Part shown: positions 1 to 11,994 of the stretch, in pieces
How the letters are laid out: each line of letters begins with the position of its first letter
How positions within the stretch are numbered: position 1 is the first letter of the stretch
Source: Marsupella aquatica
Lineage: Eukaryota; Plantae; Marchantiophyta
Assembly (NCBI GenBank): GCA_973895155.1
Contig: OZ316895.1
Coordinates: 18,547,880 to 18,611,879, forward strand
Direction of reading: 5' to 3'
DNA: 64,000 nucleotides
Program-made: the position numbers and the translations under genes
Notes under the pieces: generated by a model
Seen by the model: only the letters and a program-made list of their open reading frames with translations
Database searches by the model: none
What the model was told of the DNA's origin: nothing

Positions 1-2011
1 AACTGTACTCAATTGATCAAATAGCCACATTGTCAATTCAGATGCAGCCGAGATGATCGACAATATCTTTCAAGAAATTGCTAATCAGCATTCCTTTTCC
101 AAGTACGTACATCCAGGAAGGCGCGGCCTTAAAACCGACAAACGACACTATTGAATACCTGCTAAGTTCCCGTTGCCATTCCATGAATCTCTCACTTTTC
201 ACCACAGCCCTACGCGTTCCTGTTGACTGCACAAGTGTCGAAGGCTCATCAGGAGGACATGTCAAAGAGCCGTGCACAACGACGACTTCGAAAACATCTG
301 GAAACGAAACAAAAGATGGCTGCTTTTCAACTACGCTGATGAACATTTGTCCTGGGTTGTACAACGCTACGAAGCCTGCCCGAAGCATGGGGTCAGAAAG
401 CGCTTGGTCTCTTCCAGGCAAAATGGGTTCGACCCGTTTGTTACTCGATACAGGTGAGAGTGGCGGAGGAGGTTATGAAGGTGTGAGAATATCATTACGC
501 AGCGCTCACCAAGGCTAGGTGACAGGCGAGGCATGAAAGCACGCTGAAGAAAGAAAGAAAGAAAAATCAAGATCCCTAAGTCACAATGACGCAGGACCGA
601 CCATACCTCTCCTACTGCTGCAGTCGCTGTAGCCATGCCAGGAGCTCGTCCGAGCCTGCAGACCAGAGAAAGAAGCCAATCACCAAAGAAAATGATGAAA
701 GAACTTGCCAACTCTTCTTATTTTCTGATGCGTCGTCAGGTGCACCAGCGCCCACACTCTGCAGAAATGGTAACCGCAGCATCCGGAATTACCAAGCCAC
801 AATTCTTCAGTGCTCAGGTACACCGAATCCCGCTAGTCACTACTCGCTCGTCTTTGAGGAGACTTGGAGCACATTTTTCTGTCCGGCGAGCTTATCGGGA
901 AAACAAGGAGTAGTAGGAGTAGTAACAACAGTTCCAAATGGAGATTCTAACAACGATGTATCGACAGGCAGCACCCCTCACCTGCAAATTTACGAGGAAA
1001 GCGATATGAGAAAGAAACAGAGAAGTAGGCAAGGCAAGGGAGGGGGACCAAGCGAGGAGTAGACGAAATTCATATTGCTCTCAAATCCTGTAGAAGAGCA
1101 ATGGCTGACAAGGACTCGTGAAATATCTCAGTCGACCCTTAAGTGTGTAAAGTCAATGTCTGACCTGACTCGCTTCTTAGTCGCAGTTGGTTATGAGCTT
1201 CACGGTTGCTCTCGAAATTTTCAAATTCGACAAACTACAACCGGAAGGTAGGGAATGGAGGTGATCTTACCAAACACAGGCAGGCCCAGTCACGCGGATG
1301 CTACCCAGCAATCGAGCAAGCAGGAAGATAAATTGAAACAAAGAACAGTGAAGGCGGTAGAAATTGTTCAATCTAAAGGTAAGGGAAGCGTGCACGTGGT
1401 ATTTGGGTGTGAAGTCTGGACTTGATGACGAAGCTTTCGGAAGTACTAAGAGAAAAACTAGTGGGAGCAAACTCCCATCACAGCAACAAGATCGCGGGGC
1501 ATATCTAATTGGGGAGCAAATAGGACTCGAGAAGGACTACATCACTTTACATCCAAATCCGCTGCCAATTCCAAAAAGGGCAGAAACGATGGATAGATGA
1601 TGGATGGATGGCTGATGGATATAATGATAAGTCGAACATTGAGCCGAGCGTCTACTCGGGGTCAGCTTAGTTGATCCGGTACAAGAAGCCCTGGGGCGCA
1701 CAAGTACGGGTACAACAAAACTTATCGCAACCAGGAGAATGGCATATATAAAAGGTAGCAATCCCCACGACCAGAGTCCTCCCTTCTTTCCACTCTTTGT
1801 ACTGGTAGGAGAGTATCCAGAATAATCCTCCCCAACCCCAGCGAAGAAAGAAAGAAATAATAAACCCGCCTCTTTACCTCCGTCGTAATCTCCTTCCTGC
1901 TTCCTGTGAATAGATACGAATGGATAAATGACAGGAGGACCGTCTAAACACAACTTTCACAATACACACCCAAGCACTTTCGCTTTTCCCCAGTTATGCG
2001 TTTCTCTGTCG

Positions 2012-2090
2012 TCACCTCGCCTCATCTCATCTCACCTCACCTCACCTCACCTCACCTCAGGTTACCTCCCCTCCCCTCCCCTCCCCTCGC
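2012..2090. repeat. Pentanucleotide microsatellite (CTCAC/CTCAT/CCCCT units)
   Basis: Visible runs ctcatctcatctcacctcacctcac and cccctcccctcc. Confidence 0.85.
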
Positions 2091-3182
2091 CTACTCGAGC
2101 TCAGATGATAGGCGAGCACACCCGATTCCTCCCCTCGTCGGATTCTTATACTTTACAGTTCACAAGGTGGAGACAAATGGAGGAGAAAAAAATAGAGATT
2201 GCTCTTGATTCGTCAGACGGCCACCGCGTGTCAGGAACAAACAAATCACGGATTCTCTCAGGAGGGAACGAAAGTGACGGACGATATCGAGGGAAATGCA
2301 CAACCCCCAGGGGCTCAAGGATAGAGAACGAGCGAACAAAGACAGAATATCACCCGGACAGTAAATTAAGAACAATGAAGGCGAAGCGAAGGATCTCCCA
2401 GCAGAGAGGGAGAGTGGTCAGTCACATTTTTGAGTGTTCTTCTCCCTCGCTCGCTGTCTCCTACGTCTGCCTGTGTGGTAGTTTCGTCTCGCGCGGCACA
2501 GAATCACTCCCTCTCTCCCTCCGAAACACGGGCAAAGAGGGGCAGCCTGGGCCGGGTCGGACAAGTAAGAGCATGGCAGGGCGAGGCACGGCAGGGCAGG
2601 GAGGTATCGGGGTAAATTTCTCCTTTGAACCAGGCAGGGACAGGACGAAGACAGTGAGGGGAAGGCTGATGTCAAAATCCTGGGAACCGACATAAAACCC
2701 GAAGGTATAACTCCGTACTTTGAATAAACTTCCAAGGTCACAGCAGGCATGCCCGGACAGGAGGTCAAGGGGTATTTGTAAAGTGCGAGCAAACACTAAA
2801 AATTTTACTCACACTAGGGAAAAAATATTCTTGCATGACCCCTATTTTACTACATCCCTGGCTATCAAATACCTGGTTGGTAACATCCCTTTCGGGAACT
2901 CTCCTTTTTGCTAGCGAGGGAACTCTCCTTTTTGCTAGCGAGCTCGCTAGCCATCTGGAGTCTTTAAAAAAACACCAAAAGTATAAAAGGCACCAAAAAG
3001 TAAATGAAATTTGAAACCATTAGTGTCTTGCTAATAACATTCTCCACGCTATTAAAATCTCCTCTTTGCTTGCAACATAGAATACCTTAAGGTAAAGTAT
3101 CGTATTAGAAATTTAGGATACAGGTCAGTGAGGAGGAATTCTATGGTGCAAGCAAACAGGAGATTTTGCTAGTGAGGCACTA

Positions 3183-3502
3183 GGGCGTCTCATATATGAA
3201 AAAAAAGCTTCATACATGGGCGGCCCGAGACGCAGTCGGGCGCACCGCGACAGGGTTGATCCGGGCCAACATTGTTTTGAGTATTGAATTATGACACGAG
3301 TCGCGGGTGCAAATGCCAATGGCCTATTGTTTGTTGGCCTTTTATTCGTTGTTCATTTTTTGTAATCCCAGTTGGGCGGGGCTTTCCCGGGCGTGACTGG
3401 TTGGGCACCACAATTGGTGCCCGACCAGTCCTGTCCAGAGGCCCAGGTGCCGATACTTCCCGGCACGGAAAATTACTCAAACACCCTATATGTGAGACGC
3501 CC
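3183..3502. mobile_element. MITE, 320 bp, TA-flanked
   Basis: TIRs gggcgtctcatatat (3183-3197) and atatgtgagacgccc (3488-3502); TA on both sides; internal hairpin ggttgggcacca-caat-tggtgcccgacc. Confidence 0.7.
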
Positions 3503-3633
3503 TACTATTGTTAGCGAGGCTCATTTTCTGGTCAGTCACAATACATTCCAGGAAAACCATGGCCCAAATTTCAGAGTTTGCCCTCTCTTACAATAATCAA
3601 AGTAATATAACAAGAACAAAGCATGCATGATTC

Positions 3634-4068
3634 TCATATGCATTCCATACTTGAGTCTCCACACATTGACATTGGAAAACAATCACGGAACAACAGACAA
3701 TTCATAAAAACTTGGTCCATCTTTACATTGAAAGTATGGGTCTCAAAAAATTCCACACAGTAAAATTGTAAGAGTTGATGGTAACCTTGACATCCAGGAT
3801 TCTGCACTTCAATCGCGGCCCCCTCCTCAATCTCGGCCCCCTCCTCCTCGGCAGGAGCATTGGCCTCAATACTCTCCAAGTATTCTATAAACCTGGATTC
3901 CTTTGTTCCTTGTCCTCCCATGAATTGCCAGCTATGGTTGAATGCTTGAACTAGTGAATGTGTCAAACGTAGGGCTCGATGCACCTTCTCCAACTCCTCT
4001 GGATCCTCCAGGCCCACCTTCAATGCATCAAAGTTCACACTACAGGGAAGATAGCCTGGATACGACAT
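3634..4068 (-). CDS. Hypothetical 144-aa ORF inside the CACTA left arm
   Basis: Clean ATG-stop ORF with protein-like composition and an acidic EEGA repeat; no domain recognised. Confidence 0.3.
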   Translation of the reverse strand: MSYPGYLPCSVNFDALKVGLEDPEELEKVHRALRLTHSLVQAFNHSWQFMGGQGTKESRFIEYLESIEANAPAEEEGAEIEEGAAIEVQNPGCQGYHQLLQFYCVEFFETHTFNVKMDQVFMNCLLFRDCFPMSMCGDSSMECI

Positions 4069-4330
4069 GGCAAACTATTCTGTGAGCGATTCTGTGAGGA
4101 GGCAAGGAGAGGTAAGGATTAGAGGTGGGGTGGGGAATGTTGAATGTGAGTCACATTTGAAGACTCCCTCGATACTCCCCCGATGTTTCCCAAAGGATAT
4201 GACCAGGAATGCCCAACCTCTCGGATCCGTCGTTCCCCTAATTATACATCGTTAAAGACATTACCGCAACGACGGACCGAGATTACCTAGTATGCAGCAA
4301 TGTTAATCTAGATAAACGCCATTCTCCGTG

Positions 4331-4983
4331 TGTGACGCCGCCGGTACGGCGGTTAATGAGTGATTCGGTCTAACTACGCTCGGCACGCGCGTTAGGAGTG
4401 TCTTAGACCACTATTATTAGCATAACGACAGTATTTAGGTAATCATTATGGGTAGGATATCATTAGGCAATAAGGGGGAATTCAGGTTCGGACTGGCGGC
4501 TGGTCGCTATTCCCACACCCGGGTTACGAGCGTGGAGGGGCCCCTCCCTCGGGTCCGTATAACGAACTTAAGGAAGCGGCCACTGACACGCGCTGACTTA
4601 GACCGGCGGAGTGGCCGGCACACCACAAGCGTGAGCGGTTCAGCCTATGGGCGTCGAGGAGACGTCGGGGGATCGACAAGCCCTCAAGGTATAAAAGGGG
4701 AGCCAACCCTTTGTAGTGCACCAGTCCATCAGTCCACGCGCCAGCTTCGACCCCAGCTCTCTCGTTCGCTCTAAGTCGCCACTACTATCTCCTCTGAATG
4801 TCGCACATGATCCTCTCCAGCTCGGCCATTCGATTTTGGACGCAGTTCCTATCTACCGGAAGGCACTTGGCCGACTCATTGAAACACGCCAACCCGCGCC
4901 GATACGAAATCGAACGCGAGTACGAGCGAGCCATCCGCCTAGCAGGACGACACCACTACATCCTTAACTTTGACTACCCGTCT
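4331..4983 (+). repeat. Family A 5' LTR remnant (first ~650 bp)
   Basis: Matches 6694-7346 with about 11 substitutions counted by eye; TATAAAA at about 4690. Confidence 0.9.
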
Positions 4984-6726
4984 GTGCTTAGTCAGCTTGA
5001 TACAGACGGACGCGATCACCCCATCTACTTCGCTAGCCGACAATTATTCACAGTCAAAAAAAATTATTCCCCCACGGATCGAGAGGCACTGGGCATAATC
5101 TACTCATGTAAGAAGTTCCGGCACTATCTGCTCGGCTACAAGGTCATCTTCCACACGGATCACGACAGCCTGAAGTACATGGTCAACAAAGCAGACGTAA
5201 CGGGATGGATAGCCCGTTGGGTGCTACTTCTCCAGGAATTTAACTATGAAGTTCGGGTTCGGCCAGGAAAGGCACACCTCAACGCCGACTTCTTTTCATG
5301 GCTGGACGGCGTACCAGTCGATCAGCCAATTGATGATATTTTTCCGGATGAGGAGTTGTTCCACGTAGGGGAGGGGACACCAACGTCGTACGGCTCGATA
5401 ATCACCTTCCTTTTAACAGGCCGCATCCCTGACGGCATCAATCAGGAGGTCGCCGCTGTGTTTCTACGGAAAGCCGGGCCTTACGTCATGGTACAGGGTC
5501 ACCTACATAAGGAAGGAGTTAATGGGAAGTTACGATGCTGCTTGGAGTATAAGGAGACGCTTATCGTGATGCGGGCCTTGCATGAAGAAGAAGCTGGAGG
5601 CCATTTCGCGGCGGTCACGACAGCCCGAAAGATTCTGGACTCGGGGTATTGGTGGCCGACGTTGCATCGGGATGTACAGCGCTTCATTAAGGGCTGTGAC
5701 CTGTGTCAGCGGGCTGGGGCCCCGAGACGGGCTCATCATCACCCGCTCACATTTGTGCTTCCATTGGCACCATTCAAAAAATGGGGAATTGATTATATCG
5801 GGCCGTTTACTCCCGTTACCCGAAGGCGAAGATGCAGGTACATCCTACTAGCTATTGATTACTCCACCAAGTGGGTCGAAGCGCGGGCTACGGTAAAGGA
5901 CGATGCCGCAACCAGTGCCAGATTCTTATACGAACAGATTTTCACCCGATTCGGCCCGCCCTTAGAATTGGTAAGCGACCGTGGAACCCACTTCCTCAAT
6001 GACACCATAGCCCAGCTTACGGAGCGTTACCTAGTCAAGCACCGCAAGACTACCCCGTATCATCCTAAAGCCAATGGGATGGCGGAGAGAGCAAATGGTA
6101 TCATTGCGAAGATCCTCAACAAAACTGTAGCTGCGCACAAAATGGATTGGGATGATAAGTTGTACGCAGCGGTGTACTCGTATAATCTCGCTTACAAAAC
6201 TACTACGAGTCACAGCCCGTACTTTCTCGTGTTCGGCCAACATTCGTTGGTCCCCGTCGAGTTTGAAATACACACTCCACGAGTCAGCATTCGGGATCGC
6301 TTACCTGAATCTGAAAGTTCGTCAGACCGAGCTTATCAGATTGAAGCCTTGGAAGAAGCACGGCTACTAGCAGCTCGACACGCCGTGAAGAAACAGGCAA
6401 CTTTGAAGAAGCAGCACGACAAGGGACTACGGAGGGTCGACGTCGTGGCAGGCGATCTAGTCCTTCTATATGATAGTAGGTACATGCAGTTTCCAGGGAA
6501 GCTTCATACCCGGTGGTTAGGGCCCTTCCTTGTCAATCAGATCTACCATAACGGATCTTTAGAGCTTGCGACGTATGCCGGCGATTTACTCCCCACGCGA
6601 ATCAGCTACGATCGTGTAAAAAAGTACCACCATCAAGATGACGATGCCGAGAGTGATGTTCACGAGGACGCTTCACAATTAAGCAGGGAGCTATGTGACG
6701 CCGCCAGTACGGCGGTTAATGAGTGA
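4798..6726 (+). CDS. Chimeric ORF: first ~62 aa of the LTR gene fused in frame to C-terminal RNase H plus complete integrase
   Basis: MSH..NFDYPS from the LTR ORF, then VLSQLD..HPIYFASR (RH), H..H..CDLC zinc motif and IDY/VSDRG/AERAN DDE residues; no stop in 642 codons. Confidence 0.85.
   Translation: MSHMILSSSAIRFWTQFLSTGRHLADSLKHANPRRYEIEREYERAIRLAGRHHYILNFDYPSVLSQLDTDGRDHPIYFASRQLFTVKKNYSPTDREALGIIYSCKKFRHYLLGYKVIFHTDHDSLKYMVNKADVTGWIARWVLLLQEFNYEVRVRPGKAHLNADFFSWLDGVPVDQPIDDIFPDEELFHVGEGTPTSYGSIITFLLTGRIPDGINQEVAAVFLRKAGPYVMVQGHLHKEGVNGKLRCCLEYKETLIVMRALHEEEAGGHFAAVTTARKILDSGYWWPTLHRDVQRFIKGCDLCQRAGAPRRAHHHPLTFVLPLAPFKKWGIDYIGPFTPVTRRRRCRYILLAIDYSTKWVEARATVKDDAATSARFLYEQIFTRFGPPLELVSDRGTHFLNDTIAQLTERYLVKHRKTTPYHPKANGMAERANGIIAKILNKTVAAHKMDWDDKLYAAVYSYNLAYKTTTSHSPYFLVFGQHSLVPVEFEIHTPRVSIRDRLPESESSSDRAYQIEALEEARLLAARHAVKKQATLKKQHDKGLRRVDVVAGDLVLLYDSRYMQFPGKLHTRWLGPFLVNQIYHNGSLELATYAGDLLPTRISYDRVKKYHHQDDDAESDVHEDASQLSRELCDAASTAVNE
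6681..6690 (+). promoter_or_regulatory. Polypurine tract
   Basis: aagcagggag 3 nt before the 3' LTR; same at 52010-52019. Confidence 0.8.
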
Positions 6727-9591
6727 TTCGGTCTAACTACGCTCGGCACACGCGTTAGGAGTGTCTTAGACCGCTATTATTAGCATAACGACAGTATTTA
6801 GGTAATCATTATGGGTAGGATATCATTAGGCAATAAGGGGGAATTCAGGTTCGGACTGGCGGCTGGTCGCTATTCGCACACCCGGATTACGAGCGTGGAG
6901 GGGCCCCTCCCTCGGGTCCGTATAATGAACTTAAGGAAGCGGCCACTGACACGCGCTGACTCAGACCGGCGGAGTGGCCGGCACACCACAAGCGTGAGCG
7001 GTTCAGCCTATGGGCGTCGAGGAGACGTCGGGGGATCGACAAGCCCTCAAGGTATAAAAGGGGAGCCAACCCTTTGTAGTGCACCAGTCCATCAGTCCAC
7101 GCACCAGCTTCGACCCCAGCTCTCTCGTTCGCTCTAAGTCGCCACTACTATCTCCTCTAAATATCGCACATGATCCTCTCCAGCTCGGCCATTCGATTTT
7201 GGACGCAGTTCCTATCTACCGGAAGGCACTTGGCCGACTCATTGAAACATGCCAACCCGCGCCGATACGAAATCGAACGCGAGTACGAGCGAGCCATCCG
7301 CCTAGCAGGACGACACCACTACATCCTTAACTTTGACTACCCGTCTCAGAGCGAGCTTTACCGACCAGCAAAGGTATCCGGGTACTTCTTCAACGGAGAC
7401 AAATATATCGGGTTCTGGGAAGCATTGCTTCGGCTTCCGGATGAGGTCTTCAATATCCCGGGTACGATCGACTTGCAGCGACATCACTTTGACCACATCC
7501 CTGCTCATGTTCGGGCTATCATCAACAGCGAGTCTAGCACTACCCGTTCGACAAGATCGTCTGCACTCGCTTCGGAGAACTTCTACCAGCACCTGCAGAG
7601 CTTCACAAGAACTCGGCCAACAACCAACATGACCAACTCAGTCGTACCCGTACCCGTACAACCTCAGGCTCAGCTTCAGCTTCAGCCTCAGCCGCAGCCT
7701 AGCCAAACCCCACCACCGATCGCCCAGCCAGCACAAGTACGATCCGTCATCAACGCTGTGGATCTTAGCGATGACGACGAGGCTACCCTACCCTTGACCA
7801 GGCGGCCCAGAGGAACAAGCGCTCAGGGGGCCGATACCATATCGTCCCCACCCCCTGCTCTGACCCCAGGAGCGGCCCCGGCAGACAACATGGTGACCGT
7901 GGCCGACCCGGGCCCGTTACTAACGACAGTAGCACTACCCAGGCCCGATCGGGAGGATGGGGAGGTGTCACCTTCCCCAAGCCAGTCACGGGGGAAGAAG
8001 AGGAAGGAATCCGCCACTACGTCCGGGTTACCCTTGGCCACGGTAGCCGTGGCCAAGGTGACGATGCACCGCATGGGGGAAAACGTTCACAAAAACATCC
8101 TCCATCCCAAGCATGCAGTGTACCTGAAGACTCAGGGATTCGAGCACCTCGCCTCCCTTCCCTGGAACACTTGCAGGTACTACGGGGAGGACATGACGGA
8201 GTTCATCAGGAATTATGACGACGCGCGTCAACATACTCGGCTACGGGGAAGGAGTATGTCCCTCACGGAAGAACGGCTCAGGATGATCTTCGGGTTGCCC
8301 GAAGGTGACCATCGAGTCAAATCACGGGCTCCCGGGGGCAAGGGAGCCAAGTACCAATCTTCAAGTTTTCCCTCAGAGGGAGCAGTGGACAACGGGTTTA
8401 TGATGAAAACCTGCCTCATCCCCGAGATAGCTGAGCGACTGGAGTTCCAGAGGTACGCCCTCCACATGATGGAACCCCGGGGGGAGATCTCCGCCGCCCA
8501 GGTTATCCAGGTCGAGAACTATCAACCTAGGAGGTGGACGTCGTACTTCACTAAGAAATTCCATGAAGAGATGGAGCGGCGAAGGAAGACGCTGTACATT
8601 GGCGGGAAGGCGTATTTCGCTAGCCACATCGAGATCATTCTTGAGTGGTACGCCCGGTTTGATCGACGAACCCTTCCCCGTGTCAACGTTACAAAGCTGG
8701 TCCCAGCTAGGTGGGTTTTCCCAGCCTTGGAGAGACGGCCCCAGCCCGAGGCCCGAAGTCCAGCAGACACGCCAGCTTCACCCACCCCACCTCCACAAAT
8801 AGCTGTAGTTGTAACCGAGGAGGTACCGGATGGGTCGGGTGTCGCAACCGTTGATGCGACCCAATAGGCCGGGCTAAGTACAGAAGTCGGTACGGCAAAG
8901 GTCTTACCCGAGCCTGGTTCTCCCAAAGACCCACCGGTGGCTATTCCGGAGAACCGGACATTGCTACAGGAGGACGCTCCAGCCCCTTCCAACGTTACGT
9001 CCCCAGGGCTGGACGTCACTGCCCCGGCCCCCGCGCGTGTGGACGTCTGCCCGTGCCCAACTCCGGACAGGCACAACCTGGACCACCCGGAACTCTTCGT
9101 ACCGGGTACATTTCTGAACGGGCTTCTGGGAGATTTCTCTCATCAAATTGCCCGGGATACTGGGGAGTTCATGGCCCGGAAGGTAGCCTGTTTCTTCAAT
9201 CAGGAGTTGGTTGCCGCAGTAAAGGTAGGTCGGGCCCAGTCAGAGACCCTTCAGAGGATAGAGCGGTACCGGGTAGAGTCCGTGTACCTAAAGAACAAAG
9301 TTGCAGCTCAAGAGGCTGAGCTTCGGCAACTACGACCCAAGGTTGCAGCCGCCGATGAGTTGTTAGCAAAGGCGCACGCTCTTACCGCCCTAGCCGAACA
9401 GGCCAAAGCTGGGAACGAAGCCGAGATTACACGACTCCGGAACCAGATTGACAGTTTGAAGAATCAAACTGTCACTTGGCAGAAAGACCTGGAGGAGGCC
9501 GAGGAACGGGCCCAGTGGGACACGGCGGAGATAGCCACGCTGTAGGCCGAGGTGGCGCGGCTCCAAACCGAGGCCGAGAGGCAGGACCAGC

Positions 9592-11994
9592 TGTCACGCG
9601 ATTGACATGGGTCTTAACACCAAAGACGTCACTATGGGTGCCAAAACCATCTCCTTGTACCTGAGGATCACGAAGGGATGCTGTGAAGGCCGGTAAACAC
9701 CAATTTATGCCCTTAACACCAGACTATCATAACAAGACTCCGTCACACATCACCCAAGCTCAATCCCTAAGAACCAAGGTTGGGAATCAGATCCGCGCTC
9801 ATGATAGTTCTGGTGAGAAGGAGTCTTCATATCGGGCCCGTACACACAGGGCCTAGCGCTATGGTGCGCATAGGTCTATATGTATGCTTACTGTCATAGG
9901 TATGTTTCTATTCCGCCGTCGGAATGTACCCATAAACCAGTGACTCTTGACTGATTCCCGGCTTAGGGACTTCTAAGCCATTGCCCCACCACTCTGCCAT
10001 TCCACTCTCAGCAATCAGAGCTATGACAGTCCTCACCCAGCCCGCTTCAATGCACCCTGTACACCTCTCAGTGGCGCTGCTAGTCCCATCATACACTTAG
10101 ATTGCCTCACACACACACACATCCATGAGAGAAATGAGGCCTGAGAGGAAAACTCAATTAGATTCAACGATGTGCACAATAGTTCACTAAGAACACTTGA
10201 TCCGAACAATAGGCCCGAAGGCTGTCTACTCCAGATTGCAGCGTGCTTGCCCCGCAAGCCCCATGCTTGCCATGCAAGCTCAATCCTGAACCTGAGCCCG
10301 GCTCACTCCAGATTGCGACGGCATATTGGACTCAAACCAATCCCGTACTTGCCTTGCAAACTCAATCCTGAACTCAACCTCCTTCACTGCACTTCATTCT
10401 TGGGGGCACATACAGATCTCACACCTCCAATTCAGAACGTCAAGTTACGCATACATAGTTGACTCGACTTCAAAGCTGGTACCAGGCCTAACGGCGATCT
10501 ACCCCAGACTGCAATGAGGCCCGGCCTCACGCTTGCCCTGCAAGCTCCGCTCTGGCCATAGATCCTTAGTGCTCTCCACCAGACAAAGGCCGGGACTCCC
10601 CATGGATCACGTAGCCTTGCCAGACTGAACTGTAAATGCTCCTCCTGCTGCCCCTCAATCAGTGTCTCAGCCTCCCTAATGTGCTCACCACAAATCAAAT
10701 GGACATCCTCCCCACAGTTTACAATCACCAATACATCACCTATCACCAAGGCTCTGTATCGGGGGAAAAGAACCCAGTTGTGCTACTCACTAGAAAGAGC
10801 CACAATCCAGCTCGCAAACCTAGCAACCCGTTGCTGTGAAGCTTGGCTGATTACTCCCTGAGTAATAGCACAACCAAGCTCTCCCCAACACGCAGCGTCC
10901 AAGTCCAGCCTTGCTTGCACAGAGCTCCTCCTTGCTGCTCAGTCTAAGTGAGATCACACAACTGAAGTGCCCCCCCCATCTCTACCGGGGGGCTGCTCTA
11001 TATACTCTCATACTGAGCCCAAATGGCTAGGTACTATGTTGCTGGAGCCCCATCCCAGCCCTAACAGAGCCGCCACTATCTCTAACTACTGAACCCTAAC
11101 TCGCAGCTTTATTTCTATCTCGAATTGGCTATGTACTTCGGATTTGGCCCTCCTCCATGGTTTTCGCGAGCTTACGCCTCCTCTCCCGATTTCTGTATTC
11201 AACCATTTGCTGCGTGGATAGCAGCGTTGGAAGCGGCTTGAGCTCCTCTTTCCAACGAGGTCAATTATAGCCGATTTGGTCAAATACACAGAGAGTTATG
11301 CCCCCGCAACCGAGAGGGGGTACTCACTGTTGCGCTAACCCGAGTTACATAGCTAACCCGAGTTCGGCTAACCTAGCTATCCTATCTAACCCGAGTAGAG
11401 CTAACCCGTGGTCTCGGGTTAGGCCGCTACCCGCTATCCGCTAACCTAGCCTAAGCTGAGCCCGAACCCGAGCTTACCTATGCTAACCTGAGCCCGAGTT
11501 TAGGCTAACCCGAGTTCAATCTAATCCGAACCTAGGTTAAGCCTAAGCTGAAGCTGTGCTGACCTAAGCTAAGCTGAAGCCGTGCTTACCTGAGCTAAGC
11601 TGAAGCCGTGCTCACATAAGCTAAGCCGTGATCGAGTTTGGGTTAACCCGAAACTGAAGCCGAATCCGCTAATTCCGGCTATAAGTTAACCCGTCACACT
11701 AATCAGGCCGTATCTCTCTTAATACACCTCCGTTTCCCGAGTGTTTTATATCGATTTTACTCGCCTTGACCAGATCTTTCCAATGCTCTTTACAGATCCG
11801 GATTTGGTGACATATTGAAAGAGATATGGTCGTCGACCACCCGCGACATAGTTTTTATTTCCCTACTCTTAACGCCATGATTGCCCTTATTCTTGCCATC
11901 TTGCTAATTGTTATGTAATATCAATAGCTACTCCTTGCATACAGCAACCTACTTAATCAGATTACAAAATAAGGACCATGTCATTGGCGTCACA
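9592..11994 (-). mobile_element. Solo LTR, family C (2403 bp, no long ORF)
   Basis: tgtcacgcg...gcgtcaca with perfect TSD CCAGC (9587-9591, 11995-11999). Minus strand reads tgtgacgcc..cgtgaca like family A; minus-strand TATATA at 10999-11004. Confidence 0.9.
11334..11693. repeat. Degenerate tandem array (GCTAACCCGAG / GCTAAGCTGAAGCC units) in the family C LTR
   Basis: Repeated taacccgag and ctaagctgaagcc units, some inverted (ctcgggttag, gggttaaccc). Confidence 0.8.

Noticed and set aside
38-520. Minus-strand ORF faintly like a LINE ORF1 N-terminal region
   Set aside because: Only a vague resemblance, with stops and no supporting zinc knuckle, endonuclease or RT in the window.
586-2796. Several 100-255 aa ORFs
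   Set aside because: Low complexity, overlap microsatellites, no domain or exon structure recognised.
3178-3190. Second CACTAG as a CACTA terminus
   Set aside because: Better explained as the junction of flank cac with the TA-flanked MITE TIR.
11334-11693. CRISPR array or true telomere
   Set aside because: Irregular degenerate units with no unique spacers, inside an LTR.
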